NCBI GenBank assembly: GCA_002952755.1
Contig: CP025011.1
Span: 960,001 to 992,000, forward strand
From: Candidatus Saccharimonadota bacterium
GTDB lineage: Bacteria; Patescibacteriota; Saccharimonadia; Saccharimonadales; UBA4665
Direction of reading: 5' to 3'
Length of the DNA: 32,000 bases
Both the position numbers and the translations under genes were made by a program. Position 1 is the stretch's first letter, and every line of letters begins with the position of its first letter. Positions 1 to 6,778 of this stretch are shown here, one piece after another. The notes below the pieces were generated by a model. That model made no database searches. It saw nothing but the letters and a program-made list of their open reading frames with translations, and was not told the origin of the DNA.

Positions 1-170
1 GCAACATCGATGGCCGCCGAAACGTCCTCAGCTGACATGACTTGCACAATAGCGAGGGGCAGGGCAGTGTGATTAAACGGCACTTGCCGCAATTTCTCAT
101 ATTGGGCATCACCTGACAGCACGACGTTACCGCTTATACGATCTTTGAGAACAGTAATTGCTTGCTCCAT
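1..170 (-). CDS. FAD-binding (PCMH/BBE-type) oxidoreductase, N-terminal fragment running off the window
   Basis: My own translation of the reverse strand from ATG at 170-168 gives MEQAITVLKDRISGNVVLSGDAQYEKLRQVPFNHTALPLAIVQVMSAEDVSAAIDV. This is the typical N-terminus of FAD_binding_4 oxidases (P.AIV.. S.EDV..A). A GGAAGG Shine-Dalgarno (SD) sequence lies in the 9-nt gap after the MarR stop. Confidence 0.6.
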   Translation of the reverse strand, partial: MEQAITVLKDRISGNVVLSGDAQYEKLRQVPFNHTALPLAIVQVMSAEDVSAAIDV

Positions 171-179
171 GTTCCTTCC

Positions 180-707
180 TTATTTTATACCCGCATGGAT
201 AGCATCATCGCCATGCGCTTCCTTAGTGAGCGATCGAAAGCCCAATGACATATCAGTATGTTCCCACAACTTTTTTAATAGGCCGTGTAGCACTTCTCTC
301 TCTTGGTTCGTTAGCGGTGCCAACATATCTGACTCTAACTGAGCACGAATTTTGTGCGTGCGTTTGGCAATCGACTCACCGTGAGCAGTAAGTTCCAGCT
401 GATAGCCACGCCGATCAGCAGGATTTGGTATTCGCTGAATAAGGGTGAGTCGCTCCAGGGAGTCAATGACCGATACGAGATTTCGCGGATCGATACCCGT
501 GAAATCGGCGACCTGCTTCTGTGAGACCGCTCCGTACTGCGCCAGCACACAAAGCGCAGTTATGACGTTCTGACCTTGCCAGCTCAAGCCGAGCTGTTCG
601 ACTCCCTCGGTGAATCTACGGCGCGATTCCACTCCAAGCATCGCCAGCAAGAAACCATTACTTTTTACCAGTAATTCGTCGATAAGATTGCGCTTGGGCC
701 GGTCCAT
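180..707 (-). CDS. MarR-family transcriptional regulator
   Basis: 175-aa ORF. Winged-HTH region QKQVADFTGIDPRNLVSVIDSLERLTLIQRIPNPADRRGYQLELTAHG is the classic MarR signature (DRR..-.L T..G). Confidence 0.85.
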   Translation of the reverse strand: MDRPKRNLIDELLVKSNGFLLAMLGVESRRRFTEGVEQLGLSWQGQNVITALCVLAQYGAVSQKQVADFTGIDPRNLVSVIDSLERLTLIQRIPNPADRRGYQLELTAHGESIAKRTHKIRAQLESDMLAPLTNQEREVLHGLLKKLWEHTDMSLGFRSLTKEAHGDDAIHAGIK

Positions 708-714
708 ATTTGGG

Positions 715-720
715 ATAGTA
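715..720 (-). promoter_or_regulatory. -10-like hexamer TACTAT, 7 nt upstream of the MarR ATG (leaderless geometry)
   Basis: The reverse strand reads gcTACTATcccaaatATG. No SD between hexamer and ATG. Confidence 0.35.
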
Positions 721-721
721 G

Positions 722-737
722 CATATAGTCATATAGT
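722..737. promoter_or_regulatory. Tandem direct repeat CATATAGT x2 in the MarR/DUF1801 divergent intergenic region; candidate operator
   Basis: CATATAGT at 722-729 and 730-737, preceded by a related ATAGTA at 715-720. Lies between divergent starts 707 and 840. Confidence 0.3.
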
Positions 738-826
738 ATGTCCATCATAAAATATGATTCTCGTACGGCACGTAAGACCCCATCGAGTCATGGCGTAATA
801 CCCGAAATAAAAATCATCTTACTTGT

Positions 827-832
827 TATAAT
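827..832 (+). promoter_or_regulatory. Extended -10 (TGtTATAAT), 7 nt upstream of ATG 840
   Basis: The sequence reads acttgtTATAATtggtctgATG. Confidence 0.4.
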
Positions 833-839
833 TGGTCTG

Positions 840-1226
840 ATGAACAAACCACATACCGACCCCCGGGTTGATCGCTTCTTGGGACCATTGCCCGGCTGGC
901 AAAAAGAGCTATGTGAACAGATACGAAAATTGATCCACGAAGCTGAACCCGATATCGAGGAGACCATCAAGCGGGGGGATCGCCCCTATTTTATCTTGCA
1001 AGGCAATGTCTGCGCTCTTCAGGCTACCAAAGACCATATCAACGTCTTTATTTATGATCCAATCGCGCCCGACCCAGCCAAGATTATCAACCAGGGGCAG
1101 GGAAATGTAACTGCACGGTCGATACAGATCTTCGAAAATCAGCAATTGCCCGAATCGGCTTTTAAGAACCTTATCCGGGCGGTTGCTGACAATAATCGTA
1201 AAGGTGGGTGGCGTACCTTGCGTTAG
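840..1226 (+). CDS. DUF1801 (YdhG-like) domain protein
   Basis: MNKPHTDPRVDRFLGPLPGWQKELCEQIRKLIHEAEPDIEETIKRGDRPYFILQGNVCALQATKDHINVFIY has typical DUF1801 layout. Start moved from the track ORF start (738) to ATG 840 because of the -10 hexamer 7 nt upstream and the family's usual N-terminus. Confidence 0.75.
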   Translation: MNKPHTDPRVDRFLGPLPGWQKELCEQIRKLIHEAEPDIEETIKRGDRPYFILQGNVCALQATKDHINVFIYDPIAPDPAKIINQGQGNVTARSIQIFENQQLPESAFKNLIRAVADNNRKGGWRTLR

Positions 1227-1242
1227 GGGCGCGCGCCTACCT

Positions 1243-2547
1243 TCAGGCTTCGAGCAACTTCTTGGTCTCGATTTTGTAAGACTCTACATTTGGCTGGTCA
1301 AAACTGTTGACATTCAGGAGCTGGCCGAGGTACATCATCTCTAGCATCTTAAACTGCAGGAAGGCACCAATGGTGCGCTCGTCGATTTTGGTAAGCGCCA
1401 CTTCCATAAACGGCAGCTCTGCTTTTTGGTAGGCAATCTTCACGCCACCTAAGATTGCTTCCATAATCGCCTGGGCGCTTTTGCCGTCGATCATTGGGAC
1501 GAGGCCAGGGAAGACGCGCTCGGTGGGCACGCTGATTTCGGCATTCTCGGTTGTATATACAAAAGTGGTGATTTTATCGAGCGGGCCGCCCAAGTACAGC
1601 TGACCCACAGAGTGCAGATCGGTTGAGCCTAGGCTCACGGTTGGCGTGATGCCAGCGTGTACTGTATTGCCGTCGAGCGAATCCGCCTTACCGACGCTCT
1701 CACCCATCAACTGGCGGTACCATTTACCCAGCGACTCAAGCTCGGGATGGAAGAAAAAATTATCGTTAATCGTTTTGCCTTGCTCATTGTAATAAGCGAG
1801 CAACGCTGCTGAAGTAGCGGCCAGATTTGCACCTTCCTCACTCAGTACTTCAGTACGCATCGCCGAAGCACCCTCGCGCAAGGCCACGATATCGATACCA
1901 ATGGTCGCGAGCGGAAATAGACCGACTGCCGAGAGCACTGAATAACGTCCGCCAACTGGCTTGGGCAGGCCTAAGCAAGCAATCTGCTGCTTGTTGGCCT
2001 CGTCCCATAGAGCCGAACCTTCGTCAGTAATAGCAACGACTCGGTCCAAACAATCGGGGAGCTGATGTCGTAAGGTAGCCATGAGGATTTCAAAGTTAGC
2101 TAGCGTTTCGGTCGTGCCACCCGACTTGCTTATAACACTAACGAGGATTTGCTCAGGGCGATCTATAGTCTTTAGCAGTACGCCAGCTTTAATAAGCCAC
2201 TCTGGATCGGTCGTTTCGGCAAACAGCAGTTTAGGGAAGCGGGTTGGCTTAAGCACATCAAAACTGCCATGGAGCGCGTCATAGACGGCTTTTGTGCCTA
2301 GATTGGAACCGCCAATACCAATAACAATGTGATAGCGCAACGCGTCGGTAACCTTCTGGCTCGCTAGAGCTTGCACGCGCTGCAGAAGTGCGTCGTCGCT
2401 CGGCAGACAAGCTGAGCTTTCATATTCCTGGTACTCGCCGCTCGCAACAATTGTGCGCAAACGTGCGCTGTACTCGTCCGCCCGAACCCGCTTGGCTTGA
2501 AATGAGGCGTCTTGATCTAACCGCTCATCGTAGTGAAGTTGCAGCAT
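1243..2547 (-). CDS. pgi: Glucose-6-phosphate isomerase
   Basis: 434 aa. Phosphoglucose isomerase (PGI) motifs GIGGSNLG and SKSGGTTET are present. AAGGAG SD upstream. Last gene of the pgl-gnd-zwf-pgi operon. Confidence 0.9.
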   Translation of the reverse strand: MLQLHYDERLDQDASFQAKRVRADEYSARLRTIVASGEYQEYESSACLPSDDALLQRVQALASQKVTDALRYHIVIGIGGSNLGTKAVYDALHGSFDVLKPTRFPKLLFAETTDPEWLIKAGVLLKTIDRPEQILVSVISKSGGTTETLANFEILMATLRHQLPDCLDRVVAITDEGSALWDEANKQQIACLGLPKPVGGRYSVLSAVGLFPLATIGIDIVALREGASAMRTEVLSEEGANLAATSAALLAYYNEQGKTINDNFFFHPELESLGKWYRQLMGESVGKADSLDGNTVHAGITPTVSLGSTDLHSVGQLYLGGPLDKITTFVYTTENAEISVPTERVFPGLVPMIDGKSAQAIMEAILGGVKIAYQKAELPFMEVALTKIDERTIGAFLQFKMLEMMYLGQLLNVNSFDQPNVESYKIETKKLLEA

Positions 2548-2575
2548 AATTCTCCTTACCTGCTATCGTTAATAA

Positions 2576-4066
2576 CTACTTCGTGGCGTGCGTATGGGTC
2601 TGGCATACTTGCATGTCTGGCATAACCCACGCCATGCCTGCTTTTTCGGCCAATGTATCAGCAGCCTTCGGTCCCCAGGAACCTGTCTTGTATATCTCGA
2701 GGCCTGTGTCGTTCTTCGCCCACTCATGGATGACGCTCTCGATAATTTCCCAGCTAGCAATAACTTCGAAACTGGTAGCGAACAGCGTTTTATCGCCACG
2801 GAAGGCGTCTATGATGACGCGCTCGTAGGCATCGGGGTGGGCGCTCTGGCCAGAGAACGAGTTGCGGTAGCAGAAGTCCATCTGTACTGGCTCGACTTCG
2901 TTAGTGAAGCCCGGTTTTTTAACCAGTAACTGAAGCGCGATGCCTTCGTTTGGCTGAATGCGGATAGTCAGCACATTTTCTTGAGTCAAATCGTCCTCAT
3001 CGGAGAACACAACTGCAATGTCGACCACTTTTTCAGCCAACGCTTTTCCGGTACGAAGCAAGATAGGCACGCCTTCCCACCTCGGATTGTCGATCTCCAA
3101 ACGAATAGCTGCATATGTTTCACTCAACGAGTCGGCATTTTCGACTTCTGCCCTATATGTGTCGTACTGTCCGCGAACAGCGTTAGCTTCGACCATATTA
3201 GGAGCAATCGGTGTTATTGATTTTAGGAGCTCCAGCTTCTGGTGATGCACGTCGGCCGAAGTGAGCGTTTTGGGCTTTTCCATAGTGACAAGTGCCAAAA
3301 GTTGCAGCAAGTGGCTCTGGATAAGGTCACGCAGGGCGCCAGTCTGCTCATAAAATGCAACGCGCCCTTCAATACCTATCGACTCCGCGGCCGTAATCAT
3401 AATGTGCTTAATCGATTTGTTATCCCAGTTGCGCGCAAAGATAGGGTTCTGGAAACGGAAGTTCAGAATGTTTTGAGCCGTTTCTTTGGCTAGGTAATGA
3501 TCGATACGATAGATCTGCTCCTCACTGTAGTGTTCGCCGAGGACATTCAGTAGTTCGTGTGCCGATGCCAAGTCGTAGCCGAACGGTTTTTCGACTAACA
3601 ACCGGCTAGCGCCCGTACCGTGCTGACAGGATTTGCTCAGATCGTTTTTACCCAATTGTGCGACCACCGGCTCGAAAATTTGGGCTGGAATGGCAAGGTA
3701 GAACAGTCGATTCATGCATACGCCCCGATCATTCTCGATCCCGTTGAGCCGCTCCCTCAGCTGGGCGTACTGGGCAGGATCCAGCAGATCCATAGCTACC
3801 ATCTCGATCATATCGCTCAGTTTCTGCAGCATGTGAGGGTCGCACTTTTTGCCACTTTCGGCCATCGTCTGCTGCATGCCTTCGAGCAATTCTTTGTTAC
3901 TCATCTCGTTACGCGTAACGCCCACAATACAGAATGTCTCCGGCAGCAAATCCTGTTTGACGAGCTGATAAATAGCCGGCAGTAGCTTACGACGCGATAG
4001 ATCGCCGTTTATGCCGAAAATGACAAGGATAGTTGGCTTTAGTGATTCAAGAATGTCTGCAGGCAT
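2576..4066 (-). CDS. zwf: Glucose-6-phosphate 1-dehydrogenase
   Basis: 496 aa. N-terminal dinucleotide motif FGINGDLSRRKLLPAIY and active-site block RIDHYLAKE. Confidence 0.92.
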   Translation of the reverse strand: MPADILESLKPTILVIFGINGDLSRRKLLPAIYQLVKQDLLPETFCIVGVTRNEMSNKELLEGMQQTMAESGKKCDPHMLQKLSDMIEMVAMDLLDPAQYAQLRERLNGIENDRGVCMNRLFYLAIPAQIFEPVVAQLGKNDLSKSCQHGTGASRLLVEKPFGYDLASAHELLNVLGEHYSEEQIYRIDHYLAKETAQNILNFRFQNPIFARNWDNKSIKHIMITAAESIGIEGRVAFYEQTGALRDLIQSHLLQLLALVTMEKPKTLTSADVHHQKLELLKSITPIAPNMVEANAVRGQYDTYRAEVENADSLSETYAAIRLEIDNPRWEGVPILLRTGKALAEKVVDIAVVFSDEDDLTQENVLTIRIQPNEGIALQLLVKKPGFTNEVEPVQMDFCYRNSFSGQSAHPDAYERVIIDAFRGDKTLFATSFEVIASWEIIESVIHEWAKNDTGLEIYKTGSWGPKAADTLAEKAGMAWVMPDMQVCQTHTHATK

Positions 4067-4067
4067 A

Positions 4068-4967
4068 TTATTTATTCAGCTTATGGCCGCCAAAAGCGTT
4101 GCGCATAGCAGCAAGCAATTTGGTGGCAAATGTAATGTTGCCTTGTTCGCTGGCGCTGCGGACATCCAATGATGCTTGTACGGCGGGCATGTCAATCTGC
4201 TGCTTAGTTGCCGCTTCGAGTGTCCACTTGGCCTCGCCGGATTGTGCCACGTAACCATCGATGCCTTCAAGTGTTGGATTTTCGGCAAAAATATCAGCCA
4301 CTAATCCGTTGAGCATGCTGGCGATGATACTACCGTGCTGCCAAACGTCGGCAATAGCAGCAAGATCAAGCTCCGGATAGTCGGTGCCATCCTTCAGTAA
4401 ACGATAGCCCTCAGCATAGGATTCCATCATGCCATATTCAATAGCATTGTGGATCATTTTGACGTAGTGGCCAGCACCTGGACTGCCAAAATAGCGGTAG
4501 CCGTTTGGCTGAGCGAGCGCTTTAATGAGCGGTTCGATGGTTTTGAATACGTCTGGATCACCGCCGATCATCATTGAAAAACCATCTTTCAGGCCTAACA
4601 CCCCGCCACTCGTGCCCACATCCATCAGATGCACGCCAGCCGCCAGGCAGGTCGCGGCGTGCGTGCGTGTCTCGCGGAAGTCAGAATTCCCACCATCGAT
4701 GACGATACTGCCCGCAGGGAGCAGAGGGAGCAAAGCAGCAAGCTCGTCACTAACTGCCTGAGAGGGAATCATCAACCATACTACTGCTGGCGATCCCAGT
4801 TTACCGACTAACTCGTCACGGTCCGCTGCAGCAACCGCACCTTGTTCGACCGCCAATTGAATAGTTTCCTGGTTGCGGTCAGTTGCCACCACTTCGTGTC
4901 CGCCTTCAATAAGGCGAGTGACCATTTGTGAACCCATCTTACCGAGTCCAATAAAACCAACTTTCAT
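4068..4967 (-). CDS. gnd: 6-phosphogluconate dehydrogenase, short (about 300 aa, YqeC/GntZ-like) form
   Basis: 299 aa. Rossmann N-terminus MKVGFIGLGKMGSQM and 6PGDH-type C-terminal region. Its stop lies 1 nt from the zwf ATG, and its start overlaps the pgl stop (ATGA). Confidence 0.85.
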   Translation of the reverse strand: MKVGFIGLGKMGSQMVTRLIEGGHEVVATDRNQETIQLAVEQGAVAAADRDELVGKLGSPAVVWLMIPSQAVSDELAALLPLLPAGSIVIDGGNSDFRETRTHAATCLAAGVHLMDVGTSGGVLGLKDGFSMMIGGDPDVFKTIEPLIKALAQPNGYRYFGSPGAGHYVKMIHNAIEYGMMESYAEGYRLLKDGTDYPELDLAAIADVWQHGSIIASMLNGLVADIFAENPTLEGIDGYVAQSGEAKWTLEAATKQQIDMPAVQASLDVRSASEQGNITFATKLLAAMRNAFGGHKLNK

Positions 4968-5647
4968 AGCGCTCCTTCTATTTGGTCATTATAAATATAT
5001 ACTTGTCGGACATGTTTCAAAATTTGCGCTGGCTGCTCGCTTATTGGCACGTTTTCGCGCAAGCGCTCCAGGGCCGGTAACTTCTCGGCACCAACCGCAT
5101 ACACAATAGCAGCGTCAAGCTGTATCAATGCCGGTTCGGTAAGGGTAATCCGCAAGAAATCAGGCCCCTGATAACCTGCAACGGATGCCGTCGTTTCTTG
5201 TGCAGCAGAACTCCCAGGCAGGATACCGGCCGTATGACCATCGGCCCCCATGCCTAATAAGCCAATACGCAAATCGGCAGCTTGAAACGCCACTGCAAGG
5301 GCAGTGGCGTATGACTCTATTGTTTCTTCAAATGACTTGCTAGTGAGCATCGGCATACAACGGGCATTACCTGGGACAAAGCCAGCATCGAGTAATTTTT
5401 GCCAGTTGCTGTCAGCATGGCCAGTAACGCCATAGCGCTCATCGATCTGCATAATCGTCAGTCGTTCCAGGTCGCGCCCAGCCAGCTGGTTCATAATAGC
5501 AACTTCGAGCTGCACAGCCGAACCGCCCGATACCAGCCACACTACCCCCTGGCCAGCAGCTAAAGCAGTACCAATACGGTCTTTAACGTCGGCAATAACA
5601 GGAGACGTCGAATCGATTTTTATAAAACGCATAGTTGCGCCATGCAT
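4964..5647 (-). CDS. pgl: 6-phosphogluconolactonase
   Basis: 227 aa. GMGADGHTAGILPGS motif of the 6PGL/NagB family. GGAGG SD 6 nt upstream of the ATG. Confidence 0.8.
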   Translation of the reverse strand: MHGATMRFIKIDSTSPVIADVKDRIGTALAAGQGVVWLVSGGSAVQLEVAIMNQLAGRDLERLTIMQIDERYGVTGHADSNWQKLLDAGFVPGNARCMPMLTSKSFEETIESYATALAVAFQAADLRIGLLGMGADGHTAGILPGSSAAQETTASVAGYQGPDFLRITLTEPALIQLDAAIVYAVGAEKLPALERLRENVPISEQPAQILKHVRQVYIYNDQIEGAL

Positions 5648-5882
5648 GCTAGTCCTCCAGATTATATCTGTATATGTATGAAGCGCTGCTTCACTTTTAC
5701 GTCACCCATTGTACGCCCAAATACAAGAAATCAAAGAGGTATCTTCAAAGGCCGTAACACAAACGGTGAATGAAGCCGTAGTTCGTTTGATTATCTATCA
5801 TAATACCACTTTTCACCGATAAAAATACCCCCTGATATCATAAAAGTATGCTATAACTGAGGAGTTTCAATAGGAGTAAGTA

Positions 5883-6656
5883 ATGTCTCATGGTAATGAC
5901 CCACGTGTGCACCGAGATCCATCCCAGCGAATGCCGGAAGGTTGGCAGTCACCGAGTGTAGGCACAATTGAAAATTTCAGACGGAGCCAACGTTTAGGCG
6001 AAGTAGCGACGCACCATCCTGTATTACGTCAAAGGGCTCGAGAGATTCCTCGAGATGTTATCCAGAGCGGCGTTATGAGAGCCCTTGAATACAAACTACA
6101 GTCTACCGCTGAGCGAGAGCTGGAAGCGGGTCGTAGGCTCGTTGGATTAGCTGCACCGCAGATCGGCGAAGGTGTGCGCGCTTTCATTGCTCAGTTCACT
6201 ACAGATCCGACGACCTCTAAAGACTCAGAGCTAACACTCATGATAAATCCGGAAATTGAACCCTGGGAAGATGACACACGGCTTGGGTCAGAAGGATGCT
6301 TCTCTTGCGGTCCTTTAGCTGGCATAGTCGAGAGACCCTCCCAGGTCAGAGCAACCTGGTTCGACCTCGGGGGGAAAAGGCATGAAGAAGCGGTGTCTGA
6401 CTTTAGAGCCGTAATATTAGGACATGAAAATGACCACTTGGATGGGATACTATTCCCCGATCATGTTATCTCCCAAGGAAGGGAAATTGCATGGGTGAAT
6501 GCCGAGGAGGCCCTGGCATATGGCCAAAGCATCAGGAGCGGTGAGCCATGGCAGCCGACTTGCCCGGTAGACCAGTGGGAAGCGATGAATAGGCCCGACG
6601 ATGCCGAAGGCCCTATCTTTAGACTTGAGGCTTTCAGCGTTATTAACCAAGACTAG
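5883..6656 (+). CDS. def: Peptide deformylase with N- and C-terminal extensions
   Basis: All three peptide deformylase (PDF) motifs are present: GLAAPQIG, EGCFSCG and HENDH. AGGAG SD upstream. 257 aa, against about 170 aa for a canonical PDF. Confidence 0.8.
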   Translation: MSHGNDPRVHRDPSQRMPEGWQSPSVGTIENFRRSQRLGEVATHHPVLRQRAREIPRDVIQSGVMRALEYKLQSTAERELEAGRRLVGLAAPQIGEGVRAFIAQFTTDPTTSKDSELTLMINPEIEPWEDDTRLGSEGCFSCGPLAGIVERPSQVRATWFDLGGKRHEEAVSDFRAVILGHENDHLDGILFPDHVISQGREIAWVNAEEALAYGQSIRSGEPWQPTCPVDQWEAMNRPDDAEGPIFRLEAFSVINQD

Positions 6657-6673
6657 TCCCCAGCATCCCAACG

Positions 6674-6722
6674 AACATTAGCCGCACAAAAAAGTAGTCT
6701 TTTTGCGCGGCTAATGTTTTAA
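6674..6722 (+). terminator. Rho-independent terminator after def
   Basis: Long near-perfect hairpin, acattagccgcacaaaaaag / ctttttgcgcggctaatgt (12 bp, one mismatch, 6 bp), followed by TTTT. Confidence 0.7.
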
Positions 6723-6778
6723 TACGGTCGGGTGTTCATAAAAATTTAATAATTGTCATAAACGACCAGGAGTTAGGA

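Noticed and set aside
738-839. N-terminal extensions suggested by the ORF track: DUF1801 from 738, TrmB from 25937 (TTG), galU from 28416, the orphan up to 28534, and TIGR03086 from 16067 (TTG).
   Set aside because: The extensions add residues foreign to each family. They overlap divergent promoters or neighbouring starts. The downstream ATGs are better supported, by leaderless-spacing -10 hexamers (DUF1801, galU, the orphan), by a nearby GAAGG SD (TIGR03086), or by the family-typical N-terminus alone (TrmB).
1228-1237. GC palindrome GGCGCGCGCC in the 16-nt gap between convergent DUF1801 and pgi, considered as a bidirectional terminator.
   Set aside because: A 10-nt perfect palindrome leaves no loop and there are no flanking T or A runs. 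It cannot be called a terminator from sequence alone.
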